A stretch of 64,000 nucleotides of DNA, taken from positions 1,664,001 to 1,728,000 of the forward strand of contig CAVZSV010000004.1 in the NCBI GenBank assembly GCA_963778115.1. Reading direction: 5' to 3'. Position 1 is the first letter of the stretch; the number at the start of each line of letters is the position of its first letter. Position numbers and translations under genes: made by a program. Positions 27,742 through 38,237 of the stretch are shown one piece after another. The notes below the pieces were generated by a model, which was not told the origin of the DNA, searched no databases, and worked only from the letters and a program-made list of their open reading frames with translations. The stretch is from an uncultured delta proteobacterium (GTDB lineage: Bacteria; Bdellovibrionota; FAC87; UBA2466).

Positions 27742-28794
27742 ATGATCGACGTGCCTAATTTCCTGGGTGACCTTGCCAATCCAAGCTGTTTTCGCAAACC
27801 TATCGGGATAGAAAGCGAAGATCTACTCCGTCTCATCGACCAGCTTAAGTTGATGGTGACGATTCGCAAGGCGGAGGAAAAAATTGCCGATGCAGTCACG
27901 GCAGGAATCGTCCACTGCCCTTGCCATCTTGCTATCGGGCAAGAGGCTATTGCAGTCGGGGTTTCCGAGAACCTAACGACAACCGATCGTGTTTTCGGCG
28001 GCCACCGATCTCACGCTCATTACTTAGCCCAAGGTGGCAACCTATACGGGCTATTCGCCGAAGTTTTGGGACGGGTTACTGGGTGTTCCAAGGGCATGGG
28101 CGGATCGATGCATCTCTATGGCGCCGATCACGGATTTGTGGGTTCGGTTCCCATAGTCGCCGGAACCATCCCTTTAGCGGTGGGGGCGGGGCTTGCCTGT
28201 CAAAAGCGCGGCAAAAAAGAAGTTGCGGTTTCTTATTTTGGCGACGGATCTGCCGAAGAAGGTGTCGTTCACGAATCGCTTAATTTTGCCGCTAATTTTT
28301 CACTCCCGGTGCTGTTTGTTTGTGAAAATAATCTTTTCTCGTCTCATCTTCATATTGAGCTCCGTCAACCCGCAACCAGCGTCGCCCGATATGCCGTAAG
28401 CCATCTTATTCCTTATGAGGTCGTAGATGGAAATGACGTGGTAGCCGTACGCCAAGCGGCGGCGAGACTCATCAAACGATCGCGCGCGGGCGAGGGGCCG
28501 GGCTTTCTTGAAGCCGTCACTTACCGCTGGCGCGGCCATGTCGGCCCCAGTGAAGACTTAGATGTGGGAATCAAACGCCGAGAAGACGTCGCTCAATGGA
28601 AGCTTAGAGATCCTATCGATCGACTCAAACTGGCATTAATCGCAAGTCACGCGTTATCGGAAGAACAGTGGGACTGTCTGACCTCGGAAAGCGCTCTACT
28701 GGTGGATGAAGCGTGGACGAAAGCTTTAATAGCTCCGCTGCCTTCGAAAGAGGCCACATTGGCGTACGTATACAAAACAGGAATGGATTCATGA
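27742..28794 (+). CDS. TPP-dependent dehydrogenase E1 alpha-like subunit
   Basis: HLAIGQEA, HRSH, GGSMH, GDG...ENN TPP motif, YRWRGH. Confidence 0.93.
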   Translation: MIDVPNFLGDLANPSCFRKPIGIESEDLLRLIDQLKLMVTIRKAEEKIADAVTAGIVHCPCHLAIGQEAIAVGVSENLTTTDRVFGGHRSHAHYLAQGGNLYGLFAEVLGRVTGCSKGMGGSMHLYGADHGFVGSVPIVAGTIPLAVGAGLACQKRGKKEVAVSYFGDGSAEEGVVHESLNFAANFSLPVLFVCENNLFSSHLHIELRQPATSVARYAVSHLIPYEVVDGNDVVAVRQAAARLIKRSRAGEGPGFLEAVTYRWRGHVGPSEDLDVGIKRREDVAQWKLRDPIDRLKLALIASHALSEEQWDCLTSESALLVDEAWTKALIAPLPSKEATLAYVYKTGMDS

Positions 28795-29843
28795 ATCAGG
28801 GCAAGCAACAGCTCACCTACTGCCAAGGTATTTTAGAAGGCTTCACTTATCTTTTGGAAAGACATCCTGAGGTTTTCGTCATCGGACAAGGGCTTTGGAG
28901 TCCTTGGTACGTCGGGAACACCATGAGGGATCTCGATAAGCGCTTCGGAAAGAGCCGCATTATGGATACTCCGGTATCCGAGGACGCTACCACTGGCATC
29001 GCGGGAGGAGCTTCGTTGTGTGGATATCGCCCGATCGTGGTTCATCCGCGGATAGATTTCATGGTGCTGGCAAGCAATTCCATTGTGAACCAAATTGCCA
29101 AATGGTCTCACATGCTAGGGGGACAGGCCCATCCGGCGGTCACCATCAGAGCTATAGTAAATCGTGGGGGCGAGCAAGGGGCCCAACACTCCCAAGCGCT
29201 TCATTCGTGGTTCGCGCACATTCCCGGCTTGAGAGTCGTTATGCCTGCCACCGCCAATGATGCTCGCGACCTGCTAATCTCCAGCGTTTTGTGTGATGAC
29301 CCGGTTCTCTATATCGATGATAGATGGTGCTATGACTTCGCCGAAGACGAACGGCCCATTAATACCAACGCCCTTGAGACCCAAGGTCCCCGCATTATTC
29401 GGGAAGGATCCGACATCACCCTAGTAGGATCTAGTTTTTCGACGATACTCTGCTTACAAGCGGCGGAGGAATTGGAGAAGCATGGCATCTCCGCTGAAGT
29501 TGTGGATTTAAGAATTATCAATCCTCTTAAGATTGAAGTGATTCTCCAATCCGTCTCCAAGACCCGAAGGCTCTGTGTGGTTGACGGAAGTTGGGCTAAT
29601 TGTGGATTAGGCGGTGAAGTCATCGCTTCCGTAATGGAAAAAACGGTTCCCTCTCTATTATTGGCTTCGCCTTCAAGAATTACCCTTCCCGCGGCGCCCG
29701 CTCCGACGAGTAAAGTGTTGGAGGACGATTATTATCCCACTATCAGTAATATCGTCGAACGAACCCTTCACCTGTTTCCAGACCCGCGAACTCCCCATAA
29801 TAGGGGCATCAACCAGGGGAGAAACCATGAAGCGACTCTTTGA
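28791..29843 (+). CDS. TPP-dependent dehydrogenase E1 beta / transketolase C-like subunit
   Basis: DTPVSE, GAQHSQ, IPGLRVV, EVVDLR; ATGA overlap with the alpha gene. Confidence 0.92.
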   Translation: MNQGKQQLTYCQGILEGFTYLLERHPEVFVIGQGLWSPWYVGNTMRDLDKRFGKSRIMDTPVSEDATTGIAGGASLCGYRPIVVHPRIDFMVLASNSIVNQIAKWSHMLGGQAHPAVTIRAIVNRGGEQGAQHSQALHSWFAHIPGLRVVMPATANDARDLLISSVLCDDPVLYIDDRWCYDFAEDERPINTNALETQGPRIIREGSDITLVGSSFSTILCLQAAEELEKHGISAEVVDLRIINPLKIEVILQSVSKTRRLCVVDGSWANCGLGGEVIASVMEKTVPSLLLASPSRITLPAAPAPTSKVLEDDYYPTISNIVERTLHLFPDPRTPHNRGINQGRNHEATL

Positions 29844-30558
29844 TTGTATCGTTTCCCTATCGATCTTAGTTGTCACGGCTCCCTTACTCCTTCCGGTAAT
29901 GGTTTTGATTTACCTGCAGGACAGGCATTCTCCTTTCTACGTAGCGCCCCGAATGGGAAAGGGTGAGAAACTTTTCAAAATGATGAAACTCCGATCGATG
30001 ATCATTAATGCCGACCGATCCGGTGTTGATTCCACTTCGGCTAGCGATCCCCGAATCACGAAACTGGGAGCCTTCATTAGAAGATATAAGTTGGACGAAC
30101 TCCCCCAACTTATCAACGTACTGCGGGGTGACATGAGCTTGGTAGGGCCACGTCCTAATGTAAAACGGGAAACCGACCTCTACACCGCGGAAGAAAAGAA
30201 GTTACTCACTGTACGGCCGGGAATTACGGATCTGGCGTCCATCGTTTTCTCCGACGAAAATGAAATTCTTAAGGACAGCCTTGATCCCGACATCGATTAC
30301 AATCAGCGCATCCGTCCTTGGAAGAACCGCTTGGCGTTGCTCTATATCAAGAATTCCGGTTTCGCGTTAGATCTCAAAATAGTCTATTTGACGGCAGTCG
30401 CCCTCATTTCGCGACAGCAAGCGTTACAAGGGGTTGAACAAATTCTCTTTCGATTCGGCGCGGAAGAAAATGTGAAGACGGCCGCTCGGCGACTATCACC
30501 TTTAATCGCCTTTCCTCCTCCTGGCGCGTTGGAGATCGTTACATCGCGGGGCGTTTAA
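29827..30558 (+). CDS. Initiating sugar (phosphoglycosyl) transferase
   Basis: KRLFD, KLRSM, DPRIT, LDELPQLINVLRGDMSLVGPRP. Confidence 0.95.
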   Translation: MKRLFDCIVSLSILVVTAPLLLPVMVLIYLQDRHSPFYVAPRMGKGEKLFKMMKLRSMIINADRSGVDSTSASDPRITKLGAFIRRYKLDELPQLINVLRGDMSLVGPRPNVKRETDLYTAEEKKLLTVRPGITDLASIVFSDENEILKDSLDPDIDYNQRIRPWKNRLALLYIKNSGFALDLKIVYLTAVALISRQQALQGVEQILFRFGAEENVKTAARRLSPLIAFPPPGALEIVTSRGV

Positions 30559-30753
30559 AACGAAAATGACTTCGTGCACCGTCGGTAAATTGATAAGAAC
30601 TCTAGACTCTTGAGTTTATAAATATTATCATTTCCCATAATTGTTTTTGATTCGTAATCGTCGCTTAGTTGCGGGGCAAGCCGCTCAACGGAGTGAACTT
30701 TTTTAATCTTCTTGAACCAATTAATTAGCAAACCACAGAGAGTGAGGAGACTC

Positions 30754-31593
30754 ATGAGTAATCAACGAAGTTATAGACAAACCTTTTTTGGGATTGGCGG
30801 GGTGGCGCTCATCGCAGCGGCTTTTATCAGTTCTGTCGGAATGGCGGCCTTATCCGGTGGCCAGACGGAATCCAGTCAGCTACCCAATTACATCAATTGG
30901 ACCATGCCCGGTCTAACCATCAACTCACCCAGCGGCTTCGGCGCCGATTGGGGACAGCTCTTCGTAGGAGGTGGATTCCAGAACCGAGCGCGCTTTACTA
31001 CCACGGCTGATGGGGCGATTGGAGCGGGTTTCGGTATCGGAGATTCCAATAAATATGTCGGCGTAGAAACTTCGGTCAGCGTTTACGATGTAAGCCAATT
31101 CTCTAATGGTGGAATCAATGTTAAAGTCCATCGCAATTTGCCGGAATTCTTTTCGGTAGCGGTGGGACGAGAAGGCTTGGTTACCTGGGGAAATGGCTCT
31201 AGCGATGTTCAAAGTTGGTACGGCACTGTCTCTAAGATATTTTTCCTAAAACGTGACCCCCAAGCATGGTTTAGTGCGCTTACTTTGACGGCCGGGCTGG
31301 GTAACGGACGCTTCCTGTCCCAATCTAATATCGCGACTAATCAAGCTCTTACCGGCAACCCCAACGCTTCAGGAACGGGTGTCAATCCCTTCGGAAGCGC
31401 TTCGGTCCGAATTCAAGAGCCTGTGTCGTTCATCGCGGATTGGACGGGACAAGATCTTAACTTGGGACTTTCCATCACACCGATCAGAACACTTGGTCTA
31501 TTCATCAATCCTACACTGGCTGATCTGACTCATAGTGCTGGAGATGGCGTTAGATTCGTACTTGGTGGTGGTTTGGCGTACTCGTTCCTCTAA
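30754..31593 (+). CDS. Putative outer-membrane beta-barrel protein
   Basis: Signal segment, Gly-rich alternating beta strands, C-terminal YSF. Confidence 0.6.
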   Translation: MSNQRSYRQTFFGIGGVALIAAAFISSVGMAALSGGQTESSQLPNYINWTMPGLTINSPSGFGADWGQLFVGGGFQNRARFTTTADGAIGAGFGIGDSNKYVGVETSVSVYDVSQFSNGGINVKVHRNLPEFFSVAVGREGLVTWGNGSSDVQSWYGTVSKIFFLKRDPQAWFSALTLTAGLGNGRFLSQSNIATNQALTGNPNASGTGVNPFGSASVRIQEPVSFIADWTGQDLNLGLSITPIRTLGLFINPTLADLTHSAGDGVRFVLGGGLAYSFL

Positions 31594-31615
31594 ACTCAAA
31601 ATGAAGGAGTCATCC

Positions 31616-31975
31616 ATGAAACAGAATAAACTAAGAAGTCTGGTAGTGGTCGTAGGAGCGTTCGGATTTTCGTTCATTCCTTCGGCTTTTTCCGCTGATG
31701 TAAATCTTTCTAATATCACCAACCCTGGTGGTGGAAACGTCGGTAACATCATTAACATGAATCAGATTACTCCACCGGCCCCAACCACAATAGCAGCTGC
31801 CCCTACGGGTAGCGGCGCGGTTGAAGGCGCTGGTGCCAGTGGAAACGGCGAATCGGGATCAGGAGCCACAGGTGGCGATACCGGTGGTCGCGGGACTTCG
31901 AGTAGCCCCTCCGGAACTAAGGGAAACGGTGCTAGCAAGAGCAAGAGCAGCCACCACAACGACGATAACCAGTAA
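31616..31975 (+). CDS. Secreted Gly/Ser-rich low-complexity protein
   Basis: AAGGAG RBS, signal peptide, followed by a terminator. Confidence 0.7.
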   Translation: MKQNKLRSLVVVVGAFGFSFIPSAFSADVNLSNITNPGGGNVGNIINMNQITPPAPTTIAAAPTGSGAVEGAGASGNGESGSGATGGDTGGRGTSSSPSGTKGNGASKSKSSHHNDDNQ

Positions 31976-31991
31976 GAGTTATTTTTCTTAG

Positions 31992-32027
31992 AAAGGCAGG
32001 GACGCCAAAAGCGTCCCTGCCTTTTTT
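31992..32027. terminator. Rho-independent terminator, probably bidirectional
   Basis: AAAGGCAGGGACGC-CAAAA-GCGTCCCTGCCTTTTTT between convergent genes. Confidence 0.9.
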
Positions 32028-34018
32028 ATTTTCCTCTCTGGTCCAGAGATCCTACAAAGCTTCGGGCTAGGTAAGACGATCCGAAAAGGGAGAGATGGCT
32101 CCCATCACCTCGATATAACGGATTCTCCTTCATTCCAAAAACACCTGGCCTCATCACAAAAGAGATCAGACGGATCAAAGATTTCAACGTCGGGATATTT
32201 CAAAGCTACTCTGCGCAGCTGTGCTCTGGAGCTACTTTGCCGTTTTTGAACCCAATCTCTATCCGATGCGCAGGTTCTGTCTTCGGAAAAGGGGCGGAAG
32301 CAACGGTTGATGTCGATATTAAGCGTTGGCGTATCAAAAAAGAGAACTACTTTCTTTCCCGAACGGGATAAAAGGTCCAACGTTCGGGAGAGGTGTTCAT
32401 CTAAAGTCATTTTCCCGGGGGTATTACCATCCGAAAAAATTAAATCCCACCTTTCGTCGTGATCGCCTAAATATATTTCCCATCTTCCAGCCAAGTACAC
32501 GGTATTAACGCTTTTAGTCGATAATGCGAAATTTAAAGCTTGAACGATTGCGGAACAATGGCGAACTATCGTTTTCTTTTTTACCGCCTCGATACCAATT
32601 AGGGGAGGACAGCTAGCGGCTCCGAAATTCGCTAGATTCTCCCCACGCACTTCAAGCATCGTATTGAGTCCATAATAGAGCTGATTGGCATGACTATCAC
32701 CGATGAGAACCGTTGTGGGTGGTTTTCTAATATCGTTCACATTGCAAAATTCTTGATCGGATCCGTATTCCTTTCGACACTGCCCAGATGCGATCAGATT
32801 CCCCGTCCAATCTTCGGTCTGTCGACTATATTCACGAGTTTTCGGACCAAACCGCCAGGCAAATCCGTTGAAAGAATAGGTCAAAACCCCTAAGAAAAAA
32901 ACGGCCAGAGTTAATCCCGAGCAAAATTTCCACTGATTTCCGGTAGCAGAGAGTCTTCGTACTCTTGTTTCCAAAAGCAAATAGGTTAGCGTTGCCAGCA
33001 GAAAGGCCAAAGTTATAATTTTAATTCGAAGCCCAGGGCTCGTACTCCCCCCAATGACCCGAGCAAAAGCCAGTAACGGCCAATGCCAAAGGTAGAGGGG
33101 ATAACTAATTAAACCAATACCGATGAGAACCCGATTAGAAAGCAAAAAGTGATTCACCCAATCATCTTCTTGCGAAAGGAGAATGATAGCCGTTCCCAGA
33201 GTCGGAAGAAGAGCCCATACCCCGGGGTAGGTAAAATCCCCGTCAAGACAAGTCACGGCTAGGACGATGAGTAGAACTCCCAGCCAAGCCCTCTGTTTGA
33301 GAAAGTTGTGTCGTAAGAAATGTGGGTGATAAAGTTCAAGACTTGCCATCACACTGCCGAGAGAAAGTTCCCAAAACCGTGTTATTGGCGAATAAAAAGC
33401 AATGATAGGATTCTTAAAGACAAAAAACAGGTTTATCGCAAAGGAGATTCCAACCGTCGCCAATAACATTTCAAAAGTTCGCTGCCGTAGCCTTGTTAGT
33501 AGGACGAGAAAGATTGGCCAAACGATATAGAACTGCTCTTCAATCCCCAAAGACCATAGGTGGAGAAGAGGATTGTGCTCCGAGGAAATATTAAAATAGC
33601 CGGTTTCCTGTGAAAGAATCAGATTAGAGATAAACGCTGCCCCGCCTGCGATGTGTTTTCCGAGGGCTCGGAATTCGTGAGGGAGGAGTGTTATCCAGCC
33701 GAAAAGAAAACAACTGAACAAGACCAGAATTAGAGAGGGCAGAATTCTTCTTGCTCTTCTTGCGTAGAAACTAAGATAACTAAAGCGATCTCGATCCAAT
33801 GCATCAAAGATTTGATACGAAATAAGAAAACCCGAAATGACGAAAAAGACGTCGACACCGACAAAGCCTCCTCGTACGGTCAGGGGAAAAGTGTGAAAGG
33901 TAATCACCGATAGAACGGCGATTCCTCTTAATCCGTCGATATTCGGCCGATACCTAAATTCTGACGTGCGTTTCACTGGAGGGACCGATTTTGAAGATAA
34001 CAACACTAGTATCGTCAT
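32026..34018 (-). CDS. Acyltransferase-3 + SGNH O-acyltransferase (OafA-like), frameshifted near the C-terminus
   Basis: YRPNIDGLRGIAV, GGFVGVDVFFVISG, HLWSLGIEEQFY, GDSHA; the ORF stops at 32105 but the DGSH motif continues in another frame to TAA at 32026. Confidence 0.85.
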
Positions 34019-34712
34019 CAGCCCCTTTGAGTTTGGCTAACTTTACCATTTCGCGGGCAACCGCTTCCCATTCGTCTTGTCGGCTAGCCTTTTGAACGGA
34101 ACGAAGGATATCTTGCTCTGGGACGAAGTCACTCACTCCGTCCGTGCAAAGTAAAAAGACATCTCCTTGAACATACGGAAGCTCTAAAATCTCAACGTCA
34201 ATAGACTCCTGAAAACCGATACATTGACTCAATCTTCTAGAGGGACGATCTCGCGAACCTTTCCCTTGTCCCTCGGGAGACAAAACGTGATCCCGAGTCA
34301 GTAGCCTTACTTCAGCTCCTCGCAACAGATAACATCGGCTGTCACCGACGTGTCCAATAATTACCCGGTTATCGACCACCCAGGCTCCCGTTAGCGTGGT
34401 TCCCATTCCGATATATTCCGGTCGTCTTATTGACGTCTGAAAAATGGTGAAATTAGCCGCAAGAAAGGCCTCTTTGAAGAGTGATGCTTTTTCTTCCACT
34501 TGATTGATGTCGCGATTTTGATCTCCATCCATGGTGAAGTACTCTTCAAGGACCCGAATCGCTAATTCACTCGCCACCCCTCCTCCGATGTCTCCACTCA
34601 TTCCGTCAGCTACCGCAAATAGACCCAGTGAAGGTACGCAAAGACACTGGTCCTCATTTTTCTTGTGTTTTGAGCCGACGATGGAGAGATGAGCGTGCGT
34701 TAGATTCATCAA
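33954..34712 (-). CDS. PP2C/PPM-family protein phosphatase
   Basis: NED, VADGMSG, GMGTT, HVGDSR.Y, LCTDG, DDTS. Confidence 0.93.
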   Translation of the reverse strand: MMNLTHAHLSIVGSKHKKNEDQCLCVPSLGLFAVADGMSGDIGGGVASELAIRVLEEYFTMDGDQNRDINQVEEKASLFKEAFLAANFTIFQTSIRRPEYIGMGTTLTGAWVVDNRVIIGHVGDSRCYLLRGAEVRLLTRDHVLSPEGQGKGSRDRPSRRLSQCIGFQESIDVEILELPYVQGDVFLLCTDGVSDFVPEQDILRSVQKASRQDEWEAVAREMVKLAKLKGADDDTSVVIFKIGPSSETHVRI

Positions 34713-35551
34713 AAGGTAAAATCCGTAAATAGAGCGATGTGGCTTATATGACCGGGAAAGCTCTGGTAGCTCTCAAAAAGGCCCGTCGTATCATCAGCCA
34801 TAGTGGATAGCAGCGCATAAGAAACGCCAAACAGCATTTGCGGATGAAGTTCAACCGCAATGGACTCTTCCGTCCCATAATCATTTTTCCAGCCGTTCGC
34901 TTTCTCTTGTTGCACCAACAAAGAAGCCTGCAGACGGACTTTTTGCCGTTGGTAAGTCAGATTCAAAAATTCACTTAGGCCGAACTGCGGTAAAGGGGTG
35001 CCGTCCGATAGTACCGAATACTTTGAAAACTGAACGAACGGACCAGCCCGCAAAGAGGCCGTAAGGCTAGGAGTCAGCGCCCGAGCAAGCTCGAGACTCG
35101 CCGCCGATCGCATCTGATAACCATCCGGTTGCCATTGATCGACATCCAAAGCCGAGAGCGAAAGGCGTGCGGTTGCGGTATAACCTTCAAATCCATCCAC
35201 ACGATGCTTCAAAGTAACCATATTCTTGGGGGAATGAAGCGTCAGACTTGGCTGAGTCGGTCGGTCCAACGCGGAATATAGCTCCACCCCATAGCCTGGC
35301 AGGAAATTCCAGTTCAGATACGGTTCAAAGAGAAAAGAACCTTGCGGGTAGTCCTTACTAAGATTCGTTCCGTAATTAACATTCAATTTTACTTGGAGGG
35401 GGGATTGGAGTTCGAGAAGAAGCGAATCCTCCAAAGTGGAATTATAACTTGCGTAGGCATGGCCGGCCCATTGAAACCCAATAAGTAAGGTCCATAAAGC
35501 AAGTGACAAGGCGCAACCGAACGAGCGTAGCTCTAGCCGGAATAGTTTCAT
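34709..35551 (-). CDS. Putative outer-membrane beta-barrel protein
   Basis: Signal peptide, amphipathic beta pattern, C-terminal FTF. Confidence 0.55.
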   Translation of the reverse strand: MKLFRLELRSFGCALSLALWTLLIGFQWAGHAYASYNSTLEDSLLLELQSPLQVKLNVNYGTNLSKDYPQGSFLFEPYLNWNFLPGYGVELYSALDRPTQPSLTLHSPKNMVTLKHRVDGFEGYTATARLSLSALDVDQWQPDGYQMRSAASLELARALTPSLTASLRAGPFVQFSKYSVLSDGTPLPQFGLSEFLNLTYQRQKVRLQASLLVQQEKANGWKNDYGTEESIAVELHPQMLFGVSYALLSTMADDTTGLFESYQSFPGHISHIALFTDFTF

Positions 35552-35825
35552 GCACTCCCCCCAAGAAATCCTTTCTCAATTTTTAACAGAGTAGGGATCG
35601 AGTGTCGCTCTAAAACTCTCGACCAGCCGCAGAAAATGAGAGCTAATACCCTAACAACAGTATTAAAAAAATCAGTCCGTTGAGAGAGCAAATTAAGATT
35701 GCAAAGAGCAACCTTCCAATGGCACGATTAACCGATATTTTTTGTAATCGCGTCATTATTTGTCGATTTATCCATTAGGGAACATTAACTAAAAGATATT
35801 CTAGGAACTGGGGGCTGACGTTCTG

Positions 35826-38237
35826 ATGGAACCGCAATTGCCATCGATGCAAGTTAACGACAGGCTGCGCATTTCTCAAACCGAGACGCCTCTTACCACT
35901 CGAATTCTTGGCTCGCTCATCGCACATCGTAATGCAGTGATTGCCACGGTAGCCATCACCATCGCGCTTGCCGTGTTAAACCACATCTTTTTGCCACGCT
36001 ATTCCGCCAAGTCGGTGCTTCTGGTGCAAAGGGCAGAGAACAGTCCCATTCAAGCCATGATGGGAAAGATGATTGGAAATCCGTCCTATGGAGGGAAACA
36101 AAACGAGTATCTTGAAAAATACATCCAGTACCTTAACTCTCACGAATTCTTTCTTACTGCGGCGCGTAGTCTTGCTAAACAGTCGTCTTACCATGTAAAC
36201 TCGGCTCCTCCCTCAAAGTTAAGAGCCGTTTTTTCACATGTTCGAGGAGTTCTGGAGAGTCTACTCTTTGTAAAAATTACGGACCCCTCTCAAGTCGCCA
36301 ACGAGACCGAAGCGCTGGCCCATACACTTAGTTCAAATGTTCTATTCTCCAAAACTAGTCAGGACAACATTGTGGTCCAGGTCCGAGCGGCAGATTACCG
36401 AGAAGCCGTTGACCGAGCTAACTTTTTAGCGGCTACTGCGGTTAAGGCGATCACGGAAAGCGAACTTAAAGAATTGAACGACGCGAAAGAGTACATAGAA
36501 TCACAGCAAGCTTCCACGGAGAACCGACTTACGGAATTAGACTCTGCCATCGTGGAATACCGCCGCACGAATAAACTCGTCAAAGCCGACGCCGCGGGCA
36601 AGGATGTTCTCGAACGCGTAGGAGATCTCAGGAAGAATCTGGAAGCCAATCAGCTCAAATTCAACCAGAATCAGCGGCTCATCGCTCTTCTTTCTCGGGA
36701 ACTCTCGAGCGATGAATCACAGATTCTAGCCGGAGGATCACGAAGCCTTCAGAGTTCAGAAGTGCTTAACCAATTTCGAGAACAGATCCAGACTCTCCGC
36801 TATCAAAAGATGCTACTTCAGGCTCAGGGATTAAAGGACGACTCCAATCAAATTAAGGGACTCGATTCTCAAATCGACCAAGTGGCCGCTCGGATTAAAG
36901 AACGTATTTTTCATCAGGGAGGAGGAGAGAAGGAAATCGCCTCCGTTATGGCGGGTGATAAAGAAGGAGTAAATCGGAAAATCGCTCTTCTCAATCGAGA
37001 GAACGAATACCTTAGTAGCAGTATCGACACGCTGGGCAAAGCACTTAACGACGCCCTCATCTCTCTTGAAGCTCTCCCCGAAGCCCAACAAAAAATGCTG
37101 GGTTTTCAGCGGGGAACCCAACTTGAATTCGCCCTGCTCCAAGAGATGAAGAAAAAGACTCTGGAGATCGATTTGGAAAGAGTGGCGCTAGATAGCAAAA
37201 TCCGAATCTTGGAAAGAGCGACTATAGCCGGAATACCGGCACGTCTAAATTTAATACCGACCGCCTTCTTGGCAGCCCTTCTGGGTTTCGCTCTAGCTAC
37301 CGGAGGTGCCTACCTGAAGGAGGAGCTCAATGACTCCGTTAAGAATAGGCACGAAATCAGCGAATTGGGAATGATTCCTGTCGGTAGTGTGCCGAAAATC
37401 GCCGCTTCCCCTCTTAAGAAATTTATGCACAAGGGCCGACAGACTGTTGATGTATCAGCATCCTGGGCAGACGGAGACGAAAATCCGGAGGTCATGGCGT
37501 TCAAGCACGTAAGGGCGACCGTGCTAAAAATGAGAAGTTCCAGCGGAAAACCCGCTCAAACTATTTGCGTCTTAGGAGCGACTCCCGGAGATGGAAAATC
37601 ATTTATCTCGGCAAATATTGCTTTTGCGCTGGCTCAAATGGGGAAGAAGACGCTTCTCTTGGATGGGGACTTGCGAAGACCTAGCATCGGATCCTGGTTA
37701 GGCATCTCTTCCAAAGTCGGCTTGACCTCAATTCTGACCAATAAGAAAAAGTTATCGGAGTGTCTTACTCAGTCTGTGCAATTGAATCTAGATGTTCTCC
37801 CATCGGGCCCGGCCTCCAAGCGAGCCACTGAAATATTTAGCGAGGCCCCCTTCGCGGAGCTGCTGGACTCCCTCAAGACGCAATATGATTATATTGTCAT
37901 TGATACTCCTCCCGTCCTTTCCGTCGTAGACGGACTCGTACTTTCCGCGGCGTCGGACGCCATGATCTTCGCCGTAAGTCATCGCAAAACAAAGATCCCC
38001 GATATTGAACAGGCGATGGAAAAGATTCGATATTTCGATGACCGGCCCGTTTTTGCCATTTACAACCGCGCGGAAGGGCCCGGGCAATACAACTATTACA
38101 ACTACATGGGTGTAAGCTCCGCTAAGAAGGGGCCTACGCTTCCCTTGGGACCGGATTTGAACTTGAAGGAAGAGTTAGGAAATTTTAAGAAGTGGTGGTC
38201 TCGCAAGCAGGCTGTCACAAGGGATGGGTATGCTTAA
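35826..38237 (+). CDS. wzc: Wzc-like polysaccharide co-polymerase / BY-kinase
   Basis: Two TMs flanking a coiled coil; PGDGKS Walker A, DGDLRRP, VIDTPP, Tyr cluster QYNYYNY. Confidence 0.9.
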   Translation: MEPQLPSMQVNDRLRISQTETPLTTRILGSLIAHRNAVIATVAITIALAVLNHIFLPRYSAKSVLLVQRAENSPIQAMMGKMIGNPSYGGKQNEYLEKYIQYLNSHEFFLTAARSLAKQSSYHVNSAPPSKLRAVFSHVRGVLESLLFVKITDPSQVANETEALAHTLSSNVLFSKTSQDNIVVQVRAADYREAVDRANFLAATAVKAITESELKELNDAKEYIESQQASTENRLTELDSAIVEYRRTNKLVKADAAGKDVLERVGDLRKNLEANQLKFNQNQRLIALLSRELSSDESQILAGGSRSLQSSEVLNQFREQIQTLRYQKMLLQAQGLKDDSNQIKGLDSQIDQVAARIKERIFHQGGGEKEIASVMAGDKEGVNRKIALLNRENEYLSSSIDTLGKALNDALISLEALPEAQQKMLGFQRGTQLEFALLQEMKKKTLEIDLERVALDSKIRILERATIAGIPARLNLIPTAFLAALLGFALATGGAYLKEELNDSVKNRHEISELGMIPVGSVPKIAASPLKKFMHKGRQTVDVSASWADGDENPEVMAFKHVRATVLKMRSSSGKPAQTICVLGATPGDGKSFISANIAFALAQMGKKTLLLDGDLRRPSIGSWLGISSKVGLTSILTNKKKLSECLTQSVQLNLDVLPSGPASKRATEIFSEAPFAELLDSLKTQYDYIVIDTPPVLSVVDGLVLSAASDAMIFAVSHRKTKIPDIEQAMEKIRYFDDRPVFAIYNRAEGPGQYNYYNYMGVSSAKKGPTLPLGPDLNLKEELGNFKKWWSRKQAVTRDGYA

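Noticed and set aside
27742..29843. Housekeeping pyruvate dehydrogenase pdhAB
   Set aside because: No E2/E3 nearby and translationally coupled to sugar genes.
35719..35736. Sigma-54 promoter upstream of wzc (TGGCACG)
   Set aside because: The -12 GC is absent at the required spacing.
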